NCBI GenBank assembly: GCA_046076065.1
Contig: JBJTRH010000254.1
Coordinates: forward strand, 1 to 49,127
Source of the DNA: Planctomycetaceae bacterium
GTDB taxonomy: Bacteria; Planctomycetota; Planctomycetia; Pirellulales; UBA1268
Reading direction: 5' to 3'
DNA length: 49,127 nt
How positions within the stretch are numbered: position 1 is the first letter of the stretch; each line of letters opens with the position of its first letter. The translations under genes were made by a program, and so were the position numbers. Positions 1 to 11,212 of this stretch are shown one piece after another. A model generated the notes under the pieces. That model saw only the letters and a program-made list of their open reading frames with translations, searched no databases and had not been told where the DNA came from.

Positions 1-1
1 G

Positions 2-1194
2 GAAGGAGGCAACTACAACTGGCAGATGCTCTCCGGCACCGGTGTCGCCGGCAGCGCGACTGCATGGGACGTGGTCAGCGTCAGCGGATCGCTGGCCATA
101 GCGGCGACCTCCACGAACCAGTTCCGGATCAACCTCTGGACGCTCTCCGGAGTCGCTCCCGACGTGAGCGGCTCGGCCGCCAACTTCAACTCCGCGACCA
201 ACTACGCGTGGACGATCGCCACGGCGGCTGGCGGGATCAGCGGTTTCGCGGCGGACAAGTTTACGGTGGTCACCTCCGCCACCAACGGCACCGGCGGGTT
301 CGCCAACGCGTTCGGTACCGGCACCTTCAGCGTCGCCCAGAACGGCAACAATCTGCAGCTCGTCTTCACGGCTGGGGCGGCCCCGAGTGTGATCACGATC
401 AACGTGCCGAGCGGCACGCAGACGCAGACCCAGGCCGGCTATCCGACCCTCTCGGGCTCGGTGCCGGTGCTGAAGACCGGGGCGGGCACGCTCGTGCTCG
501 ACCAGGCCAACACGCTCTCGGGCTCCACGACGGTGCAGGGGGGCGTGCTGCGGCTGGCCAACGGCTCGGCGCTCTCCGCGAGCCGGCTCGTCGTCGTGGC
601 CGGCGGGACGGGGCAGGTGGCCCCCGTCACCACCACGAGCGTGGCGAGCCTCGACCTCGCCACCGGCAACGGCCTTGTGGATCTCACGAGCGGGGCCCTC
701 ACGATCGCCGGCGGCATGACGGCCACGGAACTGGTGGCGGAGATCCTCGAGGGGCGGGGCGACGGCTCGTGGACCGGCACGAGTGGCATCACCTCGAGCG
801 TGGCCGCGGCCGAGGTGGCCTCAAGCATTCCCCGCGCGGTGGGCTGGGTCGACAACGGCGACGGCTCGCTGACGGCGGCCTACGCGGCCCCGGGTACACC
901 AACATCGACTGGTCGATCGACATCCTCGACGCGTCCAACTTCCTGGCACTCGGCAAGTTCGACACCGGCCTGCCGGCCACGTGGATCGAGGGCGACTTCA
1001 GCTACGACGGGATCGTGGACATCCTCGACGCGGCGGACTTCTTCGCCACCGGCCTCTACGACGTGGGGAACTACAACACCGCCCCCGGCCTGGGCGGCGT
1101 GGCGGCGGTGCCGGAGCCGACCCTGACGTGGGTGACCGTCGGCGCTGTCCTCTGCGGCGCTTCCAGGCTGAAACGACGTCGTTCTGCAGAGTGA
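2..1194 (+). pseudogene. PATR-repeat / dockerin-like / PEP-CTERM-anchored surface protein. It is 5'-truncated by the window edge and its reading frame breaks near 889-898 (pseudogene, sequencing error or frameshifting).
   Basis: Frame 2 is open from the window edge and encodes autotransporter-associated beta-strand-type repeats (GAGTLVLDQANTLSGSTTVQGGVLRLANGSAL). After about 895 the sensible reading moves to frame 1. That frame encodes DFSYDGIVDILDAADFF (dockerin-like) and VPEPTLTWVTVGAVLCGASRLKRRR (PEP-CTERM signal: VPEP, TM helix, Arg cluster), with the stop at 1192-1194. Frame 2 beyond 898 is Ser/Thr/Arg-rich nonsense running to 1126. Confidence 0.6.
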
Positions 1195-1260
1195 TGGTCC
1201 GTCGTCGCCGGCGGCACGCTCCCGTCGTCGCGGATGCGACTGGGCGGTATCCTGCGGCGC

Positions 1261-2937
1261 ATGGCCTGGGAACACTCCTATGATCCGCTCGGGTCGCCGT
1301 GGCTCTCCACGGCGATCGCGGCTCTGCCGCTGGCCGTGCTCCTCGGCCTGCTGGCCTTCGCCGGCTGGTCGGGCAGGCGGGCGGCGGTGGCGGGGCTCGT
1401 CACGGCCCTGGCGATCGCCGTCGGCGTGTGTGGCATGCCTGCCGACGCGGCGGCAGCGGCGGCCGTCAACGGGGCCCTGTTCGGACTGTTTCCGATCGGC
1501 TGGATCATCGTGGCCGCGATGTTCCTCTATCGCCTGTGCGTCGAGGCGGGGGCACTCGAGGTCATGAAGCAGTCGGTGACCGGCCTCTCGCCCGACCACC
1601 GGATCCAGGCCCTGCTCGTCGCATTCTCGTTCGGTGCATTCCTCGAGGGAGCGGCCGGCTTCGGAGCGCCCGTGGCGATCTCCGCCGCGCTGCTGGTCGG
1701 AGCCGGATTTCCGGCCCTGGAGGGGGCCTGCCTCGCGCTCGTCGCCAACACCGCGCCGGTGGCCTTTGGGGCCCTTGGCACGCCGATCATCACCCTCGCG
1801 AGGGTCACCGGCCTCGACGAGCGGGCGATCTCGGCGATGGCCGGCCATCAGCTGCCGCTCTTCTCGCTCATGGTGCCGGCCTGGATGGTCTGGATGATGG
1901 CCGGCCGCCGCGGGCTTGTCGGCGTCTGGCCGGCCGTGCTCGTCTGCGGCGGCACGTTCGCCGCGGTGCAGTATGCGATGGCCACATTCGTCGGAGCCGC
2001 GCTCGTCGACGTCGTGGGGGGCGTGGCGAGCCTCGCGGCCCTCGCGGCCTTCCTGCGGGTCTGGAAGCCCGGCTCGATCTGGCGGCACGATGATGGCTGG
2101 TCGCGGCCGACGGCGGGATCCTCGCCCTCGGAGGATCCGCCATCCCGGATCGCGTGGGCGTGGATGCCCTGGGCCTTTCTCTCGGCGGCCGTGTTTCTCT
2201 GGGGGCTGGCCCCGGTGAAGGCGGTGCTCGAGGGCCGTGGTGCGATGGCGATCCTGCCGCGGGTGATCGTCGCTCCTGAACTGAATGTGCCCCGGCTCGA
2301 TGGTCGCGTGGCCCGGGTGCCGCCCGCCACCCGCGAGCCCCGCGAGCTCGAACGGGCGGTCTACCGGTTCAACTGGCTCTCCGCTGCCGGCACCGCAATC
2401 CTCGCCGCGGCGGTCGTCTCGATTCCGTGGCTCGGCGTGGGCTGGCGGCGGGCCGGTCGCATCGCCCTCGACACGCTCCGAGGCCTCGGGGAGTCGCTGC
2501 TCACGATCGCGGCGATGCTGGCGCTGGCCTTCGTGACCAGGTATTCGGGCACCGACGTCACGCTCGGCTTGGCGCTCACGACGACCGGCGCTGCCTACCC
2601 CTTCTTCGCGCCGCTGCTCGGCTGGCTCGGTGTGGCCCTCACCGGCTCCGACACCTCCAGCAATGCAATGTTCGGCAGCCTCCAGCGGGTCACGGCTGAG
2701 CAGCTCGGCCTCGACCCGCTCCTGATCTGCACCGCCAACAGCACCGGTGGCGTGATGGGCAAGATGATCGACGCCCAGAGCATCGTGGTCTCGGCTACTG
2801 CTACGGGCACACATCGCCGCGAAGGAGCAATCCTGCGGCGGGTGTTTCCGCACTCGCTGGCTCTGGCGGCGCTGATGGGGCTGCTCGTGTGGTTGCAGGC
2901 GGGTCCGCTGGCGTGGATGGTTCCGGGGGCCCGATAG
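1261..2937 (+). CDS. lctP: L-lactate/glycolate permease (LctP family)
   Basis: The N-terminus MAWEHSYDPLGSPWLSTAIAALP parallels the E. coli LldP N-terminus as I recall it. Motifs FGAFLEGAAGFGAPVAI and NTAPVAFGALGTPI are present and the protein is multi-TM throughout. An in-frame ATG at 1234 is an alternative start. Confidence 0.9.
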   Translation: MAWEHSYDPLGSPWLSTAIAALPLAVLLGLLAFAGWSGRRAAVAGLVTALAIAVGVCGMPADAAAAAAVNGALFGLFPIGWIIVAAMFLYRLCVEAGALEVMKQSVTGLSPDHRIQALLVAFSFGAFLEGAAGFGAPVAISAALLVGAGFPALEGACLALVANTAPVAFGALGTPIITLARVTGLDERAISAMAGHQLPLFSLMVPAWMVWMMAGRRGLVGVWPAVLVCGGTFAAVQYAMATFVGAALVDVVGGVASLAALAAFLRVWKPGSIWRHDDGWSRPTAGSSPSEDPPSRIAWAWMPWAFLSAAVFLWGLAPVKAVLEGRGAMAILPRVIVAPELNVPRLDGRVARVPPATREPRELERAVYRFNWLSAAGTAILAAAVVSIPWLGVGWRRAGRIALDTLRGLGESLLTIAAMLALAFVTRYSGTDVTLGLALTTTGAAYPFFAPLLGWLGVALTGSDTSSNAMFGSLQRVTAEQLGLDPLLICTANSTGGVMGKMIDAQSIVVSATATGTHRREGAILRRVFPHSLALAALMGLLVWLQAGPLAWMVPGAR

Positions 2938-3850
2938 CCGGCCTGCGTGCGCTGCCTGCCTGATCGGTCGACAGATGGACGACGCCGTCTGCGTCAGGCT
3001 GCCGGTCGAGGATGAGTGCGGCGACGGCCCACGCATCGGCGCGGCCGCAGGTGTCGGCTTGCACCGTGATGCTGCGGGATGGGCCGGAGATCGCGCGGGC
3101 CGTGCGGGGATCGACGAGCGTCCGCCCCGGGCCGATGCTCGCCGTGGCGAGGGCCGTGCCCGAGTGAAGGGGAATCGTGCGATCGCACCCCTGCGATCCG
3201 CGGAGCCGCACCTGCCACGGCTCGTCGGCGGTTCGCGAGCCCCAGGCCCGGACCTCGCCGCCGAGTTCGATGAGATGGTTGGCCGAGCCGAGTTCCACGA
3301 GCCGCTCGCCGATCCGATCCACGGCGTATCCGGGGCCGATGCCGTCGAGGTCGAGTTCGACGTCGTCGACCAGCTTGCGAACGGCGACGGGCCGGTCGGC
3401 GGTCGCCCGTCGCAGCTCGACCAGCGGCATGCCCACCTGCGCGCGGACGGCGGCGAGTCGGGCCACGGACGGCTCGACACCGTCGCTCAGGAGCCGGATG
3501 AGCGGACCGGCGGTCACGTCGAAGGCACCGCCCGACTCGTCATGCACGCCTCGCGCCACGACGAGCACGTCGGCGAGGTCGGGCCCGATCTCGATCCACT
3601 CGCCGGCGGCAGCGCGGTTGACGCCCGTGGCTTCGGAGTCGTCGCGCCAGGTGCTCAGCCCGCGGTCGAGACGCGCGAGCAGCCGGTCGACGTCGCGGTG
3701 CACCTCGCTGGCAGTCATGCCCCCGATCGGTTCCGCGAGCGTCACATGGTAGGTGGTGCCCATGGCGGGCCCCGCGAAGGTGATCGGCTCCGCGGCGCGG
3801 GCGACGGCCATGTAGGCGATGGTGAGCGCCAGAGCAAGCACGCCGGTCAT
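2801..3850 (-). CDS. apbE: ApbE-family FAD:protein FMN transferase (exported)
   Basis: Signal-like N-terminus MTGVLALALTIAYMAVARA followed by MGTTYHVTL, GAFDVTAGPL and GIGPGYAVD, which are ApbE-type motifs. The ATG at 3850-3848 overlaps the stop of the upstream gene (ATGA). The last roughly 41 aa form a Pro/Ala-rich tail encoded antisense to the lctP 3' end. Confidence 0.85.
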   Translation of the reverse strand: MTGVLALALTIAYMAVARAAEPITFAGPAMGTTYHVTLAEPIGGMTASEVHRDVDRLLARLDRGLSTWRDDSEATGVNRAAAGEWIEIGPDLADVLVVARGVHDESGGAFDVTAGPLIRLLSDGVEPSVARLAAVRAQVGMPLVELRRATADRPVAVRKLVDDVELDLDGIGPGYAVDRIGERLVELGSANHLIELGGEVRAWGSRTADEPWQVRLRGSQGCDRTIPLHSGTALATASIGPGRTLVDPRTARAISGPSRSITVQADTCGRADAWAVAALILDRQPDADGVVHLSTDQAGSARRPAIGPPEPSTPADPPATTRAAPSAPPEPASAETPAAGLLLRGDVCP

Positions 3851-5568
3851 CGCGGCCACCAGTGCGCGGCGGCGGCAACGCCGAGGCAGGCGAGCATCAC
3901 GCCATCGCGCCAGCCGAAGCGATCGGAACGCCCCGTGAGCCGCAGGTGGTCGAGGAGCGCTCCCGTGGGGCAGGCGTGGCGGCAGTAGGCCATCGGCACG
4001 AAGCAGCTCGCGACCAGGCCCGCGGCGAAGATGACGAGCGCCGCCGTGCCCGCGACGGCGGGCAGATACGCGTCGAAGGGCTCGAGGTCGACCAGCGCCA
4101 GCGGCAGGGCGAGCACCGTCGTGAGGATGGCCGTCGCGAGCAGTAGCCACGGGAGTGCAGTGGCCGCCGGCCGCAGCCATCGGGGCAGGGAATACCGTGG
4201 TTTCGCGATTCGGAGGACGAGCTGCTGCGCCGCGCCGTGGGCGCAGAGGTGGGAGCAGTAGACGTTGCGCCGGGTCGTCGCCGGCAGCACGAGCGCCATG
4301 GCAGCGAGCGCCGTCAGCACCGCCGCCCCGCGGGGCACGCCGGCCCGCGCCCAGCCCCAGAACTGGGCCTGCGAGAGGAGCGCTCCGGCCCCGAATCCGA
4401 GATAGGCGAGCACGACGACCGGCAAGGCCAGCCGGCCGAACCATGTGCCCTTGAGCCGCGTGAAGGCGGTGGCCACGCCCGCGGCGATCACCGCGAGGGC
4501 TCCCCACTGCGGCGGCTCGATGCGGCCGAGCCACGCGCCGGCGGTGCGGACGATGCCCAGGGGTTCGCGGTCGGCCCGCGCCCGGGCTGCACGCACGATC
4601 CCCTCGGCGATCGCCTGGCTCGTCATCGTGGCGCCGCTCACCCCCTCGACACCGGTGTCGTCGGGATCGATCCCCGCAACCCGCTCGATCGTCATGCCGC
4701 GCCACAGCCGGCGGAAGGCTCGGTCGTCGCGGACGTAGCCCACGTAGGGCTCGTTGTCGAAGCTCGCCGCCACGACCACGCCCGCCACCGTTCCGGCGGT
4801 GTCGAAGCACACCGCGGCATCGGTCGGCCCCTGGTAGCCGATCACGCGGTCGGCCGCCGGGCTCGTCCGCAACGCCCAGCCCAGGGGAACGTCGTTGGCG
4901 GCATACACGCGGATCACGGCCGGGTCACCGGCATCGGTCTCGATCCTCGTGGCGGTGGTGAACACGCGGCGAAGCTCATCGAGCCCGGGAGGCACGGCGA
5001 AGCGGCTCGTCGGCCTGCCGCCGCCGAGCCGCAGGGCGAGCGCCTCCCGGATCGCGTGGCAGGTCAGGGTCGAGCCGGCCACCGCATCCTGGCCACCGCC
5101 GCTGTTCGCGAGGTCACCGAGCGGCCGGCCCCGGAACCCGTCGAGAAATGACCGCTCCCGGAGGATGGCGGCAACATGATCCCGGGTGTCGCCGCTGGAG
5201 AGCACCTCCACGCCCGCCACGTGCAGATCGCGATCGCAGATGACGAGCAGGTCGGTCGGCCCCGAGAAGCCGATGGCCGAATCGCCAGCCGGCGACGTGC
5301 GGAGGACCGTGCCCACGCACTGTCCAGACCCATCCACGACTTCCCGGCCCCCGGCGACGGCCGCCGACTCGCCGCCGACCGCCGTCACCTCCGGCAGCAC
5401 CGCGCGGATGGTTTCGAACGGCAGGTCGTCGAGGCTGCCCGCCGCGCGTCGGGCGAAGGCCGCTACGTGCTCGGCATGCACGAGCCACGCGATCGCGGCG
5501 ACGACGGCGAGCCTGGCGACATGACCGCCCCACACACCGAGCCGCCACGGTCGTCGCATCGCCGTCAT
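3847..5568 (-). CDS. Membrane redox protein with two FMN_bind-like domains fused to a NapH/NosR-like Cys-motif polytopic domain
   Basis: N-terminal TM helix (VARLAVVAAIAWLV). Two FMN_bind-like modules (AVAGSTLTCHAIREAL and GVSGATMTSQAIAEGI). These are followed by several TM helices carrying CSHLCAHG and YCRHACPTG. The stop overlaps the apbE start. The start is uncertain: the ORF opens at 5664, and ATG 5568 is preferred because it gives a charged N-region followed by a TM helix. Confidence 0.75.
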   Translation of the reverse strand: MTAMRRPWRLGVWGGHVARLAVVAAIAWLVHAEHVAAFARRAAGSLDDLPFETIRAVLPEVTAVGGESAAVAGGREVVDGSGQCVGTVLRTSPAGDSAIGFSGPTDLLVICDRDLHVAGVEVLSSGDTRDHVAAILRERSFLDGFRGRPLGDLANSGGGQDAVAGSTLTCHAIREALALRLGGGRPTSRFAVPPGLDELRRVFTTATRIETDAGDPAVIRVYAANDVPLGWALRTSPAADRVIGYQGPTDAAVCFDTAGTVAGVVVAASFDNEPYVGYVRDDRAFRRLWRGMTIERVAGIDPDDTGVEGVSGATMTSQAIAEGIVRAARARADREPLGIVRTAGAWLGRIEPPQWGALAVIAAGVATAFTRLKGTWFGRLALPVVVLAYLGFGAGALLSQAQFWGWARAGVPRGAAVLTALAAMALVLPATTRRNVYCSHLCAHGAAQQLVLRIAKPRYSLPRWLRPAATALPWLLLATAILTTVLALPLALVDLEPFDAYLPAVAGTAALVIFAAGLVASCFVPMAYCRHACPTGALLDHLRLTGRSDRFGWRDGVMLACLGVAAAAHWWPR

Positions 5569-5701
5569 GCCGCAAGTGTAATCCGCCTCGACGTCGCCCA
5601 TCTCGGAAGCGTAACGGCGTAAGCCGTACGGCGGCACCACGCCGGCCTTGGCCGCGGCCCGCATCGCTCACGCGATTGCGGCTTCCTGAGGCCGCGCGGA
5701 G

Positions 5702-7984
<2,283 letters not shown>

Positions 7985-8003
7985 CGAGCTCCCCCGTTCC
8001 GAG

Positions 8004-9863
8004 ATGCTTGCACATCATCCGGCGTCCAGTCGCCGCCCTCGTATCATACGCGGCGTCGTGGCCACCTGCACGGTGGTGATGGCGGCTCACTGCTCCCACG
8101 GGCACGACCGGCCCGTGTCGGCCCGCGTGGCCGACCTCCTGGCCCGCTGCGTCGTCATCGAGCCCACGCGGCCCGCCTTCGCCAAGGAGGCGATGGTGCC
8201 GTATGTCGCCCGGCTGCTGGCCGGCACCGATACGGAGCGGGCCGTGCAAGGCTGGATCACCGCCGCCGAGGAGGCCAACGGCACCGCCGCGCCCAAGGCC
8301 CCCGCCACGATCCCCGATCCCTTCAACAAGCACGCACTGGTGCACGCGTGGCTGCTCGCCCACGCCTCCCCGCACCTGCCCGCCGACGCGGCCGCCCGGA
8401 TCGCCACCGCCACGAAGGACTACGTCTGCCGCTACGGCCATGCCGAGTGGCGGGGCTACGGCGCCCTGAACTTCCGGCTGATGAGCGACGGGGCCGGCCT
8501 GCTCGCCGCCGAACACTGGCCCGACCTCCGCGATGCCGATGGCCTCGATTCGGCGGGCATCCGCGCCGCCACCCGCGAGCGGCTGCTCGGCTCCTTCGAC
8601 GAGATCGTCCACCGCAACGCCTCGGAATACGGCGCGCCCACGTATCTCGGCATCGATCTCGTGGCGATGAAGATGCTCGCCGACTTCGCGGCCGACGAGA
8701 CCGTCCGTCACCGCGCCAGCCTCACGCTCGACACGATGCTCCTCCACGTGGCCTGTGCCTGGCACCGCGGCTATCACGTGAGCCCCGCCAGCCGCGCGAA
8801 GTATTTCCAGTCGAGCATGACCGGGCCCGACGCGATGGACTGCACCGCCGCGATCGGCTGGCTGTTCTTCGGGGCCGAGCGGCCTGTGCATGGCCTCTGC
8901 GAGCACCATGCCGGCTGGTTCGCCTTGCCGGGCCAGTACGAGCCGCCGCCGATCCTCGCCGCGATCGCCGCCGACCGGGCCGAACCCTTCACCCACCGCG
9001 GGAGCCGCGGCGCGACGATCCGATACACGATTCACCACGAGCCGGCCTACGCGCTGGCCAGCGAGTGGACGCTGCTCAAGACCCCTCGAGATTCCCACAC
9101 CAAGGAGTCGCGGCGGCAGATGCTCAAGTGGGTGTCGGAGCATCCGCAGAGCTCGTTCATGCCGTTCCAGGACAACGCCTTCCGTCCCTACGACCTCGCC
9201 GAGAACAGGGCCAACGCCTTCGGCTACGGCGAGAATCCATTCGCGCAGTCGCTGCAGCACGGCCGCACGCTCGTGGGGGTGTCGGCGGTGCCCGACGACT
9301 ATCCCTACTGGCGGATCGAGGCGCCGTTCGTGACGACCGGCGCGATCGTGAAGCGGGTCGAACGCGACGGCTGGGTCTGCTGCCATGCCGGCTCGATGCT
9401 CTTCGCCTTCTGGCTCGGCGGAGAGCCGCGCTGGACCGCGCATCGCGACAAGGAACGCTGCGACGTGCTCGCGAGCGATGCCCGCCGCACGGGCTGGGTG
9501 CTGGAGACCGCGCCGCTCGAGCCTTTCGCCGGGGGCGGCACCGACGCGGAACTCGACCGCTTCGCCGCCGCGATCGCGACGCGGACCATGCTCGACGCCT
9601 CGCAGCTCACCGCCGAGCGGCCCCGGCTTGCGTTCACGGCGCTCGATGGCCACTCACTCGAGATCACCTACCGCCCGCACGGCGAGGCCTACGACCGCCA
9701 GCACCTCGTGGATGGGGAGCCGGTCGACTACGCGTCGTTTCCGCTCCTCGGCAATCCCTGGGTGCGGCAGGCCCTGGATGGCGACGAGCTCACGATCGAG
9801 CACGACGGACGCGCGCTCCGCTACGATTTCGAGGCCTGGACGCGGTCCGAGGGAGCACCCTGA
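8004..9863 (+). CDS. Conserved hypothetical protein, about 600 aa, with no signal peptide recognised
   Basis: Long ORF with ordinary amino-acid composition and G/C-dominated third positions. The ORF opens at 7860 but that part overlaps the divergent gene ending at 7984. The ATGs at 8004 and 8079 are the realistic starts. I do not recognise the family. Confidence 0.6.
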   Translation: MLAHHPASSRRPRIIRGVVATCTVVMAAHCSHGHDRPVSARVADLLARCVVIEPTRPAFAKEAMVPYVARLLAGTDTERAVQGWITAAEEANGTAAPKAPATIPDPFNKHALVHAWLLAHASPHLPADAAARIATATKDYVCRYGHAEWRGYGALNFRLMSDGAGLLAAEHWPDLRDADGLDSAGIRAATRERLLGSFDEIVHRNASEYGAPTYLGIDLVAMKMLADFAADETVRHRASLTLDTMLLHVACAWHRGYHVSPASRAKYFQSSMTGPDAMDCTAAIGWLFFGAERPVHGLCEHHAGWFALPGQYEPPPILAAIAADRAEPFTHRGSRGATIRYTIHHEPAYALASEWTLLKTPRDSHTKESRRQMLKWVSEHPQSSFMPFQDNAFRPYDLAENRANAFGYGENPFAQSLQHGRTLVGVSAVPDDYPYWRIEAPFVTTGAIVKRVERDGWVCCHAGSMLFAFWLGGEPRWTAHRDKERCDVLASDARRTGWVLETAPLEPFAGGGTDAELDRFAAAIATRTMLDASQLTAERPRLAFTALDGHSLEITYRPHGEAYDRQHLVDGEPVDYASFPLLGNPWVRQALDGDELTIEHDGRALRYDFEAWTRSEGAP

Positions 9864-9866
9864 CGC

Positions 9867-10325
9867 ATGGCTGACAGCTTTTTCTCCGCGACCAACACGA
9901 TCGCCCTGCTCGCGTGGCTCGCGCTGGTGCTGTTCCCGTCGCGCCGTGCCGTCTCGCACGTGCTCTGCGGGATCGTGGTGCCGGCCCTGCTCGCCTGTGG
10001 CTACGCGGCCGTGATCGGCTGGAAGCTCACCGCCAACGGCCCGCCGCCGGGCGACCTCTCCACCATCGCGGGGCTCAAGGCGGCGTTCGCCGACGACTGG
10101 GTGTTTGCGGCGGCCTGGGCCCACTACCTCGTGTTCGACATGGTCGTCGGGGCGTGGATCGCTCGCGACGCCGTCCGGCTGGCGATCCCGTGGCCGCTGC
10201 GCTCCATGTGCCTGGTGCTCACGTTCCTGCTCGGCCCGGTGGGGTTTCTGCTGCACGTGATCACGCGGTTGGCCCTGCGGCGGGCGGTGGCGACCGACGG
10301 CGGCTCACCCAGGCCCACGCCGTGA
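9867..10325 (+). CDS. DUF4281 (ABA4-like) small membrane protein
   Basis: 152 aa with about 4 TM helices. The motif WAHYLVFDMVVGAW resembles the ABA4-like family signature. It starts 3 nt after the upstream stop. Confidence 0.6.
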   Translation: MADSFFSATNTIALLAWLALVLFPSRRAVSHVLCGIVVPALLACGYAAVIGWKLTANGPPPGDLSTIAGLKAAFADDWVFAAAWAHYLVFDMVVGAWIARDAVRLAIPWPLRSMCLVLTFLLGPVGFLLHVITRLALRRAVATDGGSPRPTP

Positions 10326-11172
10326 CCGCCACCGGCACGCCGAGGCCGAGCAGCGACGCGGCGAGCAGCGCGGCCGTCGGGGGAAGCACGTCGAATCGTG
10401 CCCGTCCGAGCCACGTCTGGGCCAGCGCGTAGCCGAGCAGGAACGTCGACCCCGCCGCTGCCGCGGTGACGAGCCGCACCCGGGCCGGCTCCGCGATTCC
10501 GGCCCGCCGCATCGCCCAGGCGAGTGCCGGCAGCCACTGCACCGCGTGGATCACCACGCCGTGCGGAAACTTGGGCACGCCCGCGGCTCCGAGCCGCACA
10601 GGATCCAAGCCCGCCTGCATCCGCGCCTCGCCATGCATCCCCACCCAGATGCCGAGCAGGCACGAGACGAGCAGCAGGAGCATGCCGGTCCACGCGGCGA
10701 GGAGCATGTCGGAGCGCGTTCGCGGTCGCCGCACGAGGAGCCGGAGCGTGAGGTCGGCGATCACGAGTGTGACCGCCACGATCAGTGCGCCCATCGCATC
10801 GAACAGGAACGAGTCGAGCGGCGTGTTACGGTTGAAGTGGCTTCCCACGCCCCGCCACCGCTGCAGGTCGATGAGCAGCACCTCGACGAACAGCGCCCAC
10901 GCAGTCGCCCACGCGAGGAGCGTGTCGCCCCGCCGCAGCGGCAGCATCGCCCACACCCAGCCGAGCGAGATCGCCGTCAGCCCGCCGGAGATCCCGAACA
11001 GGATCGGCTTCCGCCAGGTCACGGCCCCTTCCCACGGGCCGCCGAGCAGAGCCCACACCGGGAGATGGAGGAGACCGGAAGCCACCATCACCGATCCGAG
11101 CAGGGCGAGGGGCCACGCCCGGCGGTCCGACCACCACGGTGCTTCGCGGCTCTCTGGGGCATTGGCGGGCAT
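10261..11172 (-). CDS. Polytopic membrane protein of unknown function
   Basis: About 8 hydrophobic helices after MPANAPESREAPWWSDRRAWPLALLG. ATG at 11172-11170. The longer ORF reaching 11370 would overlap the divergent aldo/keto reductase gene. Confidence 0.6.
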   Translation of the reverse strand: MPANAPESREAPWWSDRRAWPLALLGSVMVASGLLHLPVWALLGGPWEGAVTWRKPILFGISGGLTAISLGWVWAMLPLRRGDTLLAWATAWALFVEVLLIDLQRWRGVGSHFNRNTPLDSFLFDAMGALIVAVTLVIADLTLRLLVRRPRTRSDMLLAAWTGMLLLLVSCLLGIWVGMHGEARMQAGLDPVRLGAAGVPKFPHGVVIHAVQWLPALAWAMRRAGIAEPARVRLVTAAAAGSTFLLGYALAQTWLGRARFDVLPPTAALLAASLLGLGVPVAVTAWAWVSRRRSPPPAAGPTA

Positions 11173-11212
11173 GCTGTGGAAGTGTAGGCGCGAATGCTCC
11201 ACACTGCCGGGC

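Noticed and set aside
880-3480. 866-aa minus-strand ORF covering the PEP-CTERM gene tail, all of lctP and part of apbE.
   Set aside because: Low-complexity Arg/Pro/Ser/Gly composition, antisense to a clear LctP permease. It is a GC artefact.
10466-11212. Upstream extensions of several track ORFs. Examples: 10466-11212 for the AKR, 11194-12201 for the flavoprotein, 20394-20585 for the prenyltransferase-repeat protein, 24491-24940 for VanZ and 36129-36242 for the second ATPase.
   Set aside because: The extended N-termini are Arg/Pro/Ser-rich nonsense that overlaps neighbouring real genes. Internal ATGs give canonical N-termini, signal peptides or ATGA/TGATG coupling.
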